From Candidatus Bathyarchaeota archaeon (GTDB taxonomy: Archaea > Thermoproteota > Bathyarchaeia > Bathyarchaeales > Bathyarchaeaceae): a DNA stretch of 64,000 nucleotides. The DNA lies in NCBI GenBank assembly GCA_963806645.1, contig CAWDYQ010000003.1, positions 44,327 through 108,326 on the forward strand. Reading direction: 5' to 3'. The translations under genes and the position numbers were made by a program. A model generated the notes under the pieces. That model had not been told where the DNA came from. It saw only the letters and a list, made by a program, of their open reading frames with translations, and searched no databases. Below, in pieces: positions 1 to 10,153 of the stretch; position 1 is the stretch's first letter, and every line of letters begins with the position of its first letter.

Positions 1-2
1 TA

Positions 3-179
3 AATTTAACATTTTTTAGTATTGTAACAGTTTTTGGAGTATGGATAATTTTTCGTTCACAATCCAAATTAAAAATAATTAGAAAAAAGAAAATGACTAT
101 TAAAAGACGCATAAACGAAATAAGCAAAACCTCTAAAGAAATTTATGATCTTCTGTTTGATTATGCAGAAGATGATTAA
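3..179 (+). CDS. C-terminal end of an unidentified ORF entering from the left window edge (partial)
   Basis: Frame open from window edge to TAA 177-179; hydrophobic stretch FSIVTVFGVWIIF then charged tail; no motif recognised. Confidence 0.2.
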   Translation, partial: NLTFFSIVTVFGVWIIFRSQSKLKIIRKKKMTIKRRINEISKTSKEIYDLLFDYAEDD

Positions 180-269
180 TAACAAAAAGATGAAAAGAAA
201 AGCAAGTGTAGTTTGGTCGATAAAACTAAAGGAATTACAAGTTATAAACAGTCATACATCAAAAAGTTA

Positions 270-1406
270 TCATTGCTTCTTCATTGTGGTAACTCTTTCT
301 TTTGCAAGTATCATTGCTGCTTCTCTTAATTCAACGTTTTTTGTTAAGGCAGTTTCGATAACTTTTACCGTGTTTTGTCTGATTTTCCGTTGAACCAGTT
401 CAAGCATCCTTTTAGGATTATAGCCACGATACTCAGCGTATGATGATATTACTCCTCCTGCGTTTGCCAAAATGTCTGGAACAACCATTATTCCTCGATC
501 AGATAGAATATTCTCGATCTCGGGGCGCATAGGAAGGTTAGCCGCCTCAACTACAATTTTCGCTTTAACACGTTCTACATTCTCTTTAGTTATAACATCT
601 GGAAGAGCAGCAGGAACAAGAAAATCCACACCCAACTCAAAAAGATCCTTATTGTCAATTACTTTACCTGGACGATAATTAACCACAGAACCAGTCTTCG
701 ATTTTACATCTTGCAACTTTTCATAGTTTAGCCCCTCAGAATTATAGATGCAACCTGTAGAGTCAGAGACTGCAACTATCTTCACGTCAATCTGGCTAAA
801 GTACTCAGTTACGAAGGAGCCAACATTCCCGAATCCTTCTATTGCAGCTGTTGAATTGTCAATGTCCAAACCATCCAAATAATTTGCTGCGGTAAATGCA
901 GCTTGAACCACACCTAAAGCCGTGGACCCATACTCATGAGGAATACCACACTTTACACCCGGCTTAACACACAAATGAACAGGTTTTCCTGTTGTAGATT
1001 TCATAGAACCATTCTCTAAAGCAAAAGCAGCCATCTCTTTCTCGCCCGTATTAATGTCCGGCGCGGCCACATACAGGCTTGGACAAACCCGTTTTAAGGC
1101 TCGAGAAAAAGCTCTAACAATTTCCATCTTCTTCTCTTCAGACATTTGCTTTGGATCAGCAATTATACCAGATTTAGCACCTCCAAACGGAATCTTTGCG
1201 AGAGCACACTTCCAAGTCATTGTTCTGGCCAAACGGAAAACCTCTTGAATTGTTACAGTTGGCATCATTCTGATTCCGCCCTTACCTGGACCTAATGTTG
1301 TGTTATCTATGACCAGAATGCCTTTCATCCCAGTTTCTGGTTCATAAACCTGCAATATCTTCTCTGGACCCCACTCGTCAGCAAAATCGTTCACCTTGAC
1401 TTTCAC
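270..1406 (-). CDS. Glu/Leu/Phe/Val-family NAD(P)-dependent amino-acid dehydrogenase
   Basis: 378 aa; motifs LGPGKGGIRM and KIPFGGAKSGI (catalytic Lys region) plus Rossmann GFGNVG; short length looks more Leu/Val-DH-like than 420-aa GdhA. Confidence 0.9.
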   Translation of the reverse strand: MKVKVNDFADEWGPEKILQVYEPETGMKGILVIDNTTLGPGKGGIRMMPTVTIQEVFRLARTMTWKCALAKIPFGGAKSGIIADPKQMSEEKKMEIVRAFSRALKRVCPSLYVAAPDINTGEKEMAAFALENGSMKSTTGKPVHLCVKPGVKCGIPHEYGSTALGVVQAAFTAANYLDGLDIDNSTAAIEGFGNVGSFVTEYFSQIDVKIVAVSDSTGCIYNSEGLNYEKLQDVKSKTGSVVNYRPGKVIDNKDLFELGVDFLVPAALPDVITKENVERVKAKIVVEAANLPMRPEIENILSDRGIMVVPDILANAGGVISSYAEYRGYNPKRMLELVQRKIRQNTVKVIETALTKNVELREAAMILAKERVTTMKKQ

Positions 1407-1529
1407 TTAGTTACCCACCTAAAAGGTATGAAATCATACGAACCAGATATGTTGTTAAAAGTTTCTTCAACAAACCCGCAAAAAGACTTGCAAGAGTCAA
1501 CGAAATGCAAAACCAAAAACCAATTTAGT

Positions 1530-1916
1530 TTAGCCTCCAGTTTGAAGAAGAAGAATTGCCTTAGCGAGGTCTCCATCGCTCGATTCTAATGCTCGTTTAG
1601 CATCTTCCATGCTTTTTCCTGTCTGATCCGCAACAAGCTGCACATCCTCTTCAGCTATTGTTACTCCAGAATTTTGACCTTCTAAACCGCGTTCAATTAC
1701 TTCTCCGGTAACTTGGAAAATTTTTTGTCCACCCATATCAATAACGGCAACCTGAGCGTTTTGAACCACGATCTCTTTGCTGCTGGTTCGAAAAATGACT
1801 TCTTCTACCTCAGGCATTTCTCCCATGTTCATGCCCATTTTTTGCATCATTCTTTTTGCATTTCGTGGGTTCATTCTTTTTCGCATTTTCGTTTCCTTCC
1901 CATTATACTCAAACAA
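1530..1916 (-). CDS. nac: Nascent polypeptide-associated complex protein (archaeal NAC, NAC + UBA-like domains)
   Basis: NAC domain EVIFRTSSKEIVVQNAQVAVIDMGGQKIFQVTGE and C-terminal EDAKRALESSDGDLAKAILLL; true start probably an internal ATG (MRKRMNPRN). Confidence 0.9.
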   Translation of the reverse strand: MFEYNGKETKMRKRMNPRNAKRMMQKMGMNMGEMPEVEEVIFRTSSKEIVVQNAQVAVIDMGGQKIFQVTGEVIERGLEGQNSGVTIAEEDVQLVADQTGKSMEDAKRALESSDGDLAKAILLLQTGG

Positions 1917-1924
1917 TCATCTTC

Positions 1925-2428
1925 TTAACTTTTTTCCGCTACTCCATGACGAACACGAACAGCAACGCCCCTACTGAAAGCTTTCATTTCCATTCCCGAT
2001 AATAGAGCCCGCCCAATAGCTAAAACCTCATTTTTTCTGTTAACAACTATAACTTCCTCGTTAGGTCTTATTTCAGTATCAACATCATTCACATGCTTAG
2101 CAAAAACACTTCTTCCCCTTGACACAAAGGATTCTGCATCATCCTCAACTTTAACCCATAACCGAGGCGGATCAACTTCATGCATCATTCGTTTGGCTCC
2201 AGCAACAGTCAAAATAAATAGACCAGTGGTAGGTTGCAAAGTGGCTAACAATTCATCTCTCAAATGTATATGACGTATTTTTCCTGTATTTCTCGAGTAA
2301 AAAATTCTGACGTCATCTGGAAAAAATTTAGCGCCTACCCCCTTTCCGAACTGGTAATCAGCTATACTCCTAATCTTATGGAGAGCATCTGTGTTCATCA
2401 TTTTATCAACAAATTCCAATAGAATCAA
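1925..2428 (-). CDS. PUA-domain RNA-binding protein (pre-PUA + PUA, archaeosine-TGT C-terminal-like)
   Basis: 167 aa; C-terminal PUA-like pattern IRPNEEVIVVNRKNEVLAIGRALLSGMEMKAFSRGVAVRVRHG; 8 nt from nac, same strand. Confidence 0.7.
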   Translation of the reverse strand: MILLEFVDKMMNTDALHKIRSIADYQFGKGVGAKFFPDDVRIFYSRNTGKIRHIHLRDELLATLQPTTGLFILTVAGAKRMMHEVDPPRLWVKVEDDAESFVSRGRSVFAKHVNDVDTEIRPNEEVIVVNRKNEVLAIGRALLSGMEMKAFSRGVAVRVRHGVAEKS

Positions 2429-2535
2429 GATAAACCATTAAATCTTATTCTTTATGCAGATAAACCAAACGTTGAAAAGAGAAAACTTAAAGTTTCTTAT
2501 TTCAACCTATAACCTCTATTCAGGCGGAAAACCAA

Positions 2536-4335
2536 ATGGAAAGACTTCATCACAACGGTGTCCTAGTTCCAGCACGATACGAAGGAAAAGGACTGGCAGT
2601 TAAAATAAAGGGAAAAGAAACGAAGCTAACAACAGATCAGGAAGAGATGGCAGTAGCTTGGGCAAAAAAAGTGGGAACCCCATACGTTGAGGATAAAGTA
2701 TTCGCAAAAAACTTTCACAAAGATTTCTCAGAGAAATTAGGAATCATAGTTAAACCCGGAGATGTTGAATTCCAAGAAATAGTAAAACTGGTTGAAGAAG
2801 AACGTGAATATAAAAAGAGTCTTCCCAGAGAAGATAAAAAACTGTTAGCAGCTGAAAGAAAAGAAGCAAGAGAAGCAAACAAAGAAAAATACGGTCACGC
2901 CTTCGTGGATGGTGAAAAAATGGAGTTAGCCAACTACGTTGCAGAGCCCAGTTCCATTTTTATGGGTCGAGGACAGCATCCAATGCGGGGGAGCTGGAAA
3001 GAAGGACCAAAAAAAGAAGACATAATTTTGAATCTTTCACCTGACGCGCCAAGACCAGAAGGAAATTGGAATGAGATTGTTTGGGAGTCCGAGGCAATCT
3101 GGATTGCACGTTGGCAAGATAAGCTCAGCGGCAAAATGAAGTATGTATGGTTTTCTGATTCATGTAGTTTTAAGCAACAGAAAGAGATTGAAAAATTTAA
3201 CAAGGCAATGGAGTTTCGTGAAAAGCTACCGCAAGTAAAAAGACACATTTCAAAAAATCTTGAATCCGACGATCTAAAGCGCAGAAAAATTGCAACAGTT
3301 TGCTATCTTATCGACAAACTGAAGATCAGGGTTGGAGATGAAAAAGATCCTGATGAGGCAGATACTGTTGGTGCTTCAACATTAAGAAAGGAACATATTG
3401 AAATCAACGATGATGGAACTGTTTCATTCAATTTTTTGGGCAAAGATAGCGTGCCCCACATTTTTTCCACAAAACTTCCAGATCAGGTTATAAAGAATCT
3501 CAAGGAATTCTCGTCCAACTCGGACTCTGCTCTGTTTGAGGGGGTAGGTTCTAGTCAAGTTAGTGAATTTCTTGATGAAGTAATGAAGGGGTTATCAGCA
3601 AAGGTTTTTCGTACGTTGTATGCTTCTGATGCTGTAAAAAATAAGTTAGAAAAGACACCTGTTGAAGCTGAAAAGCCAGAATATGTCAAGAAGTATGTGG
3701 CTACCATGGCAAATCTTGAAGCCGCTAAAGTCTGTAACCATAAGCGTACTATATCGAAATCTTGGAAATCGTCTCTAGATAAGAAGAAGGAACGCCTCAA
3801 AGTTCTTGATAATCGGGGTAGGAATGCGCAGATCAAGATTAAACAGAAAATTAAGGATTGGACTAAGAAGCATGAAGAGCATTTGGCAAATCAGGAGACA
3901 CGGTTGTTAACCTATGAGGCAAAGTTGGAAGAGGTTAAACTGCAACTAGAAGAGAAAGAAAAAGAAGGCAAAGATGTTACTAACTTAAAGAAGAGTATTA
4001 AGCGGCAGCGTGAAGCAGTTACCCGCCAGAGGCAGCGCATTAAAGATATGAAGACTAAACAGGTTGAACGGATAGCCAAACTAAAGGAAAGCTTAGAAAA
4101 ACGCAAGCTACGCGATATTACTTCTTTGGAAAAAATGAAGCTGAAGATTACAGTTCAGGAAGAGACCCGCGACTATAATATTTCAACCTCCCTGAAGAGC
4201 TATGTTGACCCCAGAATATACTATGAATGGGGTAAACAGGTGGCGTACGACTGGAAACAGTATTACCCAAAGTCACTTCACAATAAATTTAGCTGGTTAG
4301 ATTGCCAAGATTACAATAAATTGGATAATTATTAA
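2536..4335 (+). CDS. top1: Eukaryote-type DNA topoisomerase IB
   Basis: 599 aa, colinear with eukaryotic Top1 core: YLIDKLKIRVGDEKDPDEADTVGASTLRKEHI, FNFLGKDSV, AKVFRT, CNHKR, long Lys/Glu coiled-coil linker, active-site STSLKSYVDPRIY. Confidence 0.93.
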   Translation: MERLHHNGVLVPARYEGKGLAVKIKGKETKLTTDQEEMAVAWAKKVGTPYVEDKVFAKNFHKDFSEKLGIIVKPGDVEFQEIVKLVEEEREYKKSLPREDKKLLAAERKEAREANKEKYGHAFVDGEKMELANYVAEPSSIFMGRGQHPMRGSWKEGPKKEDIILNLSPDAPRPEGNWNEIVWESEAIWIARWQDKLSGKMKYVWFSDSCSFKQQKEIEKFNKAMEFREKLPQVKRHISKNLESDDLKRRKIATVCYLIDKLKIRVGDEKDPDEADTVGASTLRKEHIEINDDGTVSFNFLGKDSVPHIFSTKLPDQVIKNLKEFSSNSDSALFEGVGSSQVSEFLDEVMKGLSAKVFRTLYASDAVKNKLEKTPVEAEKPEYVKKYVATMANLEAAKVCNHKRTISKSWKSSLDKKKERLKVLDNRGRNAQIKIKQKIKDWTKKHEEHLANQETRLLTYEAKLEEVKLQLEEKEKEGKDVTNLKKSIKRQREAVTRQRQRIKDMKTKQVERIAKLKESLEKRKLRDITSLEKMKLKITVQEETRDYNISTSLKSYVDPRIYYEWGKQVAYDWKQYYPKSLHNKFSWLDCQDYNKLDNY

Positions 4336-4409
4336 TTATTTTTTAATCGGAAGATAAATAGCCATAAAACCCAAACACAACTATCAATTATGGTGTAGGG
4401 GTTATACAT

Positions 4410-5939
4410 ATGGCAAATGATACGATCCTTAGCTCTGAGATGCGAGCAATAGAAACTAACGCAGAATACTATGGAGTTTCGTTGCTTCAACTTATGGAAT
4501 CTGCAGGAAGAAACGTTTCAGAAGAGATTGCTGCACGATTCAAACCAAAAAAAACTAAAGTGGCAATTTTTTGTGGTTCAGGAGGGAATGGGGGTGATGG
4601 TTTTGTTGCAGCTCGTTATTTAACTTGTTTGGGTTTCAAGGTAGAAGTAATACTTTCGACACGAGCTTCAAACATTACTCATGAATCAGCTAAGAAGAAC
4701 TGGACCGCCTTGCAACCTATCAAAAACACGATTCAGATAAGAGAAGTGAAGGATTCTGCGCTTATTCCTGATTTTGATGCAGATGTTATTGTGGATGCAC
4801 TGCTTGGAACGGGCTCAACAGGCAAACTGCGACCACCAATATTGCAATTGGTTCAAAAAATCAATTCGATGAACGCTTTCTGTATCTCTGTTGATGTTCC
4901 CACTGGAGTCAACTCGGATTCGGGTGAAATTTTAGGTGATGCTGTGAGAGCAGATTTGACCATCACATTTTACAAGTCTAAACCCGGACTCCTCAAAGCT
5001 AAGGAACATTCCGGGGAAATTTTGGTGAAGAATATAGGTTTGCCTTACGAGTTTGAGCAATTTGTTGGTCCAGGGGATGTGTCATTAGCGATTAAGCCTC
5101 GTAGTTCAGACGCACATAAGGGTGAATTTGGTAGGTTACTTGTGATTGGGGGAAGCAACATTTTTTCTGGTGCTCCCGCGTTAGCTGGAATGGCTGCTCT
5201 TCGTACAGGAGTGGATTTAGCTATAATTGCCGCTCCAGAAAAAACCGCCCATGTAATCTCTTCTATGTCTCCTTCGCTGATTTCAGTGAAATTGAAGGGA
5301 AAACACCTAAGCTCTAGCAATTTACCTGTTCTACAAAGCTATTTAGAATCTGCTAGTGGAGTTGTTTTAGGTCCTGGGTTAGGAATGCATAATGAAACAA
5401 AGGAGGCAGTTAGGGATATTATTGAACAACTAGAAGAAACAGGAACCCCTTTGCTGTTAGATGCTGATGGACTTAAAGCCTTTGCAGAATTTAAAAGACA
5501 AATTAAATGTCCCATGGTTTTGACTCCTCACTCAAGAGAGTATGAAATATTGGCTGGAAAAAAGCTTCCACAAAGTCAGAAGGAGAGAGCAGAGGAGATA
5601 AAAAAGATGGCAAAGAAAGTTGGGGGAACAATAGTTCTGAAAGGACCTGTAGATCTAATCTCTGATGGAACATCAGTTAAGTTCAATTTTACTGGAAATC
5701 CAGGAATGACTGTAGGCGGAACAGGCGATGTATTGTCTGGTGTTATTGGAGGTTTGATGGCCATGGGAGCCTCTCCTTTCAGGGCATGTACAGCAGGGAC
5801 TTTTATCAATGGTGCAGCAGGAGATTTTGTATATTCAGAAAAAGGTTATCATATCATTCCCACCGACCTTCTTGAATGGATTCCTCAGATTATGGATGAT
5901 CCAATGTGTCATTTGGAGGTGAGGATGAATCAGCTCTAG
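4410..5939 (+). CDS. nnr: Bifunctional NAD(P)H-hydrate repair enzyme (epimerase + ADP-dependent dehydratase)
   Basis: N-terminal YjeF_N (CGSGGNGGDG) fused to carbohydrate-kinase-like C-terminal domain (GGTGDVLSG). Confidence 0.9.
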   Translation: MANDTILSSEMRAIETNAEYYGVSLLQLMESAGRNVSEEIAARFKPKKTKVAIFCGSGGNGGDGFVAARYLTCLGFKVEVILSTRASNITHESAKKNWTALQPIKNTIQIREVKDSALIPDFDADVIVDALLGTGSTGKLRPPILQLVQKINSMNAFCISVDVPTGVNSDSGEILGDAVRADLTITFYKSKPGLLKAKEHSGEILVKNIGLPYEFEQFVGPGDVSLAIKPRSSDAHKGEFGRLLVIGGSNIFSGAPALAGMAALRTGVDLAIIAAPEKTAHVISSMSPSLISVKLKGKHLSSSNLPVLQSYLESASGVVLGPGLGMHNETKEAVRDIIEQLEETGTPLLLDADGLKAFAEFKRQIKCPMVLTPHSREYEILAGKKLPQSQKERAEEIKKMAKKVGGTIVLKGPVDLISDGTSVKFNFTGNPGMTVGGTGDVLSGVIGGLMAMGASPFRACTAGTFINGAAGDFVYSEKGYHIIPTDLLEWIPQIMDDPMCHLEVRMNQL

Positions 5940-5997
5940 AAGCATAGGAATAACGGTTTATCATGCTAAACAGTGTGACCCCAAAAAATGTAGTACA

Positions 5998-6447
5998 TTG
6001 AAGCTTAAACGCCACAACTTAGTTCGGGTGGTTCAAAGACCCAGAGAAATACCCCGAGGGGCAATTATCTTAGATCCGTTTACACAAAAAGCATTCTCTC
6101 CTGCAGATCTAGAACAATTGAAGAAAAGGGGATTATCTGCTTTAGACTGCAGTTGGGTACATGCAAAGGAAGTTTTTGACATTCAATCTCATTGGATTCC
6201 ACGTTGTTTACCTTATTTGGTGGCGGCTAACCCCGTAAATTATGGAAAACCGACCAAACTAAGCACAGTAGAAGCGTTAGCTGCATCACTATATATCGTA
6301 GGTTTCGTTGAACAAGCAGTAGAATTGTTATCCAAGTTTAAGTGGGGACCCCAATTCATAATATTGAATAAAGCGCTTTTGGAAGGTTATGCCCAGGCGA
6401 AAGATAGTACAGATGTAGTTAATGTGCAAAGAGAATTTATGAACTAA
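5998..6447 (+). CDS. tsr3: 16S rRNA aminocarboxypropyltransferase Tsr3 (N-terminus probably extends upstream, see findings)
   Basis: Tsr3/DUF367 pattern (LDCSW, NPVNYGKPTKLSTVEALAASLYIVG, KWGPQFIILN); the conserved QCDPKKC box is encoded in frame upstream of the listed TTG. Confidence 0.85.
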   Translation: MKLKRHNLVRVVQRPREIPRGAIILDPFTQKAFSPADLEQLKKRGLSALDCSWVHAKEVFDIQSHWIPRCLPYLVAANPVNYGKPTKLSTVEALAASLYIVGFVEQAVELLSKFKWGPQFIILNKALLEGYAQAKDSTDVVNVQREFMN

Positions 6448-6846
6448 AACTGCGCCGATAATTGAATTTTTTAAAAAGATCTAACTACTTGGACTAAGTT
6501 CACATAAGAAATGGCATTATCTAGATTCGAGATATGCGTTTAAAAACCATAGGTAGTGCACTAACAAAAAAGTGACCTAGCATAAACTTTGATAAATTTG
6601 TTTTATTTTCCTATTTTTTGATCATGTTTCTTCTTTTTTTGTTTGTTCTTTTTTGCTAATGAAGGCATCTTATCTAACCCTCCAGAATAGTCCTTATGAA
6701 TAATATCAATACAAAGCTGCATATATATTTGATAATTAAAAAGAAAAGGTTCTCCTAAATTAACCTGTTATTTTGCAGAATTAAGAAAGATTAAAAGTTA
6801 ATGCAACATTAGATTATTAGTAACAAATCTGTTTGGAGATAAAAAA

Positions 6847-7431
6847 ATGGATTTCAGCATTTTGATTAATAACGCTTATTACATCCTCATTTTGGGAGGA
6901 CTCGTAGCGACTTCATGGTTTATAGAAAAACTGGTAAAACCAGTTCCAGTTGTAGGAACACCCACAAGTATATTACTAAAAATACTCTCCTTTTTTGGAT
7001 TCTTCGCTGGAATCCTATTGATCATAACCGGCGCAGCGGCATGGCAAGCACAAAGCCCTAATCTCGACATGTACACCATTTACTTGCTAATCATCGCAGG
7101 CTTGGTTCTGATACTTAAACCAATCAAAGACTTCCCTTGGGCAGCCTTGTTGGGATTAATAGCCGGGGGTTTATGTGCAGGAGCAGTTTATTTCTTTCTT
7201 CCTTTGACTGGGCCTATTTTTGGAATTGCACCAATATGGATTTATGTTATAATATTTCTGATTCCAGCAGTAATAGTCTATATGGTTTTCAAGTTTATAG
7301 AAGATGTTATGAAGCTCATTGGAACAGTTCTAGCATCAAGACCTATCACACTTATCGTAGGATTTGTATGCATAGCTCAAGGTATACTATTGCTACTCGG
7401 TTATAACTTATTCACACTATTAATTTCTTAG
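6847..7431 (+). CDS. Polytopic membrane protein, unknown function
   Basis: 194 aa, about 6 hydrophobic helices, ATG with upstream GGAGAT. Confidence 0.6.
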   Translation: MDFSILINNAYYILILGGLVATSWFIEKLVKPVPVVGTPTSILLKILSFFGFFAGILLIITGAAAWQAQSPNLDMYTIYLLIIAGLVLILKPIKDFPWAALLGLIAGGLCAGAVYFFLPLTGPIFGIAPIWIYVIIFLIPAVIVYMVFKFIEDVMKLIGTVLASRPITLIVGFVCIAQGILLLLGYNLFTLLIS

Positions 7432-7478
7432 AAAGTAAAAAACGAAAAAAAGAAAAAGAGAAGAAAAAAGGGTCTCTT

Positions 7479-8780
7479 TTAGCCCTTAACACTTATTTCT
7501 TTGATTACTCCGGCAGCAACGGTGGTGCCCATGTCTCGGACTGCAAATCGTCCAAGTTCAGGGAAATCACTGTATGTTTCAACAGAGATTGGCTGAATGG
7601 GTTCAAATCTTACAACTGCACCGTCACCTGTCTTTAAGAAAGACGGATTCTGCTCTACAATTTGACCAGTTCTAGGGTCGAGTTTGGAGATTAGTTCTTT
7701 GAACCTAACTGAAACTTGACCAGTGTTTGAGTGCAATACTGGAGAGTATCCGGCAGCGATGGCTGTTGGGTGGTGGATTACGATTATTTGTCCGATGAAT
7801 TCTCTTGCTATGGTTGGGGGGTTGGCAACATGGCCTGCAACGTCTCCTCTGTGAACGTCTTTCTTTGAGATTCCTCTTACGTTGAATCCGATGTTGTCTC
7901 CTGGAAGCGCTTGTTTGACTTGAACATGATGGGTTTCTATGGATTTGACTTGTCCTTGAACTTTTGAAGGCATGAAGACAAGTGTATCTCCTTCTTTCAG
8001 AATACCTGTTTCGACTCTGCCTACTGGAACTGAACCGATTCCAGTGATTGTGTAAATGTCTTGAATAGGAACTCTCAAAGGTTTAGTGGTTGGTTTAGCT
8101 GGAACTTCCATTTCATCAAGTGCCTCAAATAGCGTTGGACCGTTATACCAAGGCATGTTTTCGCTCTTTTTAGCTAGATTGTCTCCAGTCCATCCGGAAG
8201 TGGGAACGAAATGTATCTTTGCTGGATTAAAGCCAGACATTCTCAAGATACGGGTCATTTCGTTCTTGATTTCATTGTACCTTTCTTCTTTCCAATCAAC
8301 TGAGGCGTCATCCATCTTGTTTATAGCAACAACAATCTGGTTAACTCCTAAAGTGTAGGCAAGAAATGCGTGTTCTCTTGTCTGTCCACCAGAACCAATT
8401 CCTGCTTCAAACTCTCCTCGTTTTGCAGAAACAAGAAGAATTGCAGCATCTGATTGGCTGGCACCAGTGATCATGTTTTTAACGAAGTCTCTGTGTCCTG
8501 GAGCATCAATAATTGTGAAGGCGTATTTTGGAGTTTCAAATTTCAGATAAGCAACATCTATTGTCATTCCTCGTTCGCGTTCTTCTTTGAGCTTGTCCAA
8601 GACCCAAGCAAACTTGAAGGTCTCCCTTCCTAGTTTCTTAGCTTCTTCTTCGTATGTCTTGGCAGTTCGTTCATCAACTGCTCCTGTTAGGGAGAAGAGG
8701 TGACCTACAGTTGTTGATTTTCCGTGGTCAATGTGTCCGATTACTACCAAGTTCAGATGGGGTTTTTCTGATTTGCTCAT
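7479..8780 (-). CDS. tuf: Translation elongation factor aEF-1alpha
   Basis: GHIDHGKST, DAPGHRDF, NKMD GTPase motifs; full-length 433 aa. Confidence 0.97.
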   Translation of the reverse strand: MSKSEKPHLNLVVIGHIDHGKSTTVGHLFSLTGAVDERTAKTYEEEAKKLGRETFKFAWVLDKLKEERERGMTIDVAYLKFETPKYAFTIIDAPGHRDFVKNMITGASQSDAAILLVSAKRGEFEAGIGSGGQTREHAFLAYTLGVNQIVVAINKMDDASVDWKEERYNEIKNEMTRILRMSGFNPAKIHFVPTSGWTGDNLAKKSENMPWYNGPTLFEALDEMEVPAKPTTKPLRVPIQDIYTITGIGSVPVGRVETGILKEGDTLVFMPSKVQGQVKSIETHHVQVKQALPGDNIGFNVRGISKKDVHRGDVAGHVANPPTIAREFIGQIIVIHHPTAIAAGYSPVLHSNTGQVSVRFKELISKLDPRTGQIVEQNPSFLKTGDGAVVRFEPIQPISVETYSDFPELGRFAVRDMGTTVAAGVIKEISVKG

Positions 8781-8934
8781 TACTTTTCGTTCTCCTTTAT
8801 TTTTTGTTTATCATTTACTCGTTATGTAGTATAATTCGTAGAGAGAACAGTTGGTTCAGTTATTTTAACTTTTTGAAGGAAAGCCAAAATATCAAAACAT
8901 CTTTTTCTCACACGATCAAGTTTGATTATTGTTC

Positions 8935-9501
8935 CTACCGTGAGGAACGTGCTATTCGCTCCATCTCGTTACGCTTTTTGACAGCATAACTTTTCACATC
9001 TTTCTTTGCGGCTAACTCCAACTCTTCGGCCAAGTACTCGTCCAAAGGTTTGGGATTACCGAAAGATTGTTTTCTTGCACCCTCAGAAAGAAAACGTAAA
9101 GCAAGATCTACTCTTCTTTGGGGTGAAATATCTACAGCCATGTGATAAGCAATGCCTCCGTAGCTGATGCGAGTAGTATCTTCACCAGGGGATGTATTCT
9201 CTACTGCTGTAACAAGAACTTGTATTGGGTTCTCTCCTGTACGTAAGTAAATGATTTCAAGTGCGTTTTTAACTAAGTTTATGGCTCGTGTCTTCTTTCC
9301 GGCGCTATTGCCAGGTCTCATAAGATTATTTATTAGCCGTTCAACTATGCTGATCTTTGCCTTGTGGAACTTTCCATGCTCATGTCGACCCATGCTGTGA
9401 GGAACAGACACCGGTTTAACAGAAATATATTGTTTGAGCCCTGGATCCTCTACCTGAATCCCTTCGAAGCTCCATTTTCCGAATAGTTTTATATCGTCCA
9501 T
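8935..9501 (-). CDS. rps7: 30S ribosomal protein S7 (uS7)
   Basis: uS7 signature regions (VERLINNLMRPG, KNALEII, VSPQRRVDLALR); start placed at ATG 9501 (MDDIKLFGKW) preceded by GGTGAT rather than the TTG at 9549. Confidence 0.93.
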   Translation of the reverse strand: MDDIKLFGKWSFEGIQVEDPGLKQYISVKPVSVPHSMGRHEHGKFHKAKISIVERLINNLMRPGNSAGKKTRAINLVKNALEIIYLRTGENPIQVLVTAVENTSPGEDTTRISYGGIAYHMAVDISPQRRVDLALRFLSEGARKQSFGNPKPLDEYLAEELELAAKKDVKSYAVKKRNEMERIARSSR

Positions 9502-9583
9502 ATTGCTCAAACGAATCACCTTGACAAAGTTTCTGGGTTCAGAAACCAATATTTAAGTGTTGTTTAGAGGTTAGTTCCGCTTT

Positions 9584-10024
9584 CTAGCGCATTGGTTTTT
9601 CTTTTCTGCCGAGAACTAACTCATTAAGGGAAACACCATTAACGGTTGAGACTTTCCATCGAACTCCGGGTAGGTCTCCCAAAGCTCCTCCACGAGATCC
9701 ACCGATTCCTTCGACTACAACTTCGTCATGTTCATCAACTACGTTCAACGCGCCGTCTCCGGGAAGAAAAGCAGTTATAACCCTTCCATTTTTGATAAGT
9801 TGAGTTCTAACACATTTTCTGATGGCACTGTTAGGCTGCTTGCTTTCAATTCCAACTTTTTCGAGTACAATTCCTTTGGCCATAGGAGCCCCTTTTAATG
9901 GATCAGATTTGATGTCTAATTTGAGCATTCGACGTTTGTAGTAGACGTCTTTCCATCTGAAGTGTTTTCGTTTTGCAAGTAGTTTTCTTGCAGCTAGTTC
10001 GCCTTTTGGTGCCTTGGAACCCAT
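9584..10024 (-). CDS. rps12: 30S ribosomal protein S12 (uS12)
   Basis: [30 protein letters not shown] motif; S12-S7-EF1alpha order. Confidence 0.95.
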   Translation of the reverse strand: MGSKAPKGELAARKLLAKRKHFRWKDVYYKRRMLKLDIKSDPLKGAPMAKGIVLEKVGIESKQPNSAIRKCVRTQLIKNGRVITAFLPGDGALNVVDEHDEVVVEGIGGSRGGALGDLPGVRWKVSTVNGVSLNELVLGRKEKPMR

Positions 10025-10153
10025 GCTTTTCTGTCCTCTAACCTTTCTATTTCAGAGTTCTGATATTTAAACAGTCCAGATTAGCAGACTCCCATAAATA
10101 TGATTCGCAAAAAATGTTTGACCTACTTTTGTTTAGGGGTTGCCGTGGGAAAA

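Noticed and set aside
6603-6722. 39-aa minus-strand ORF MQLCIDIIHKDYSGGLDKMPSLAKKNKQKKKKHDQKIGK.
   Set aside because: It has no SD, no paralogue and no motif. Its basic tail comes from an A-run in the spacer.
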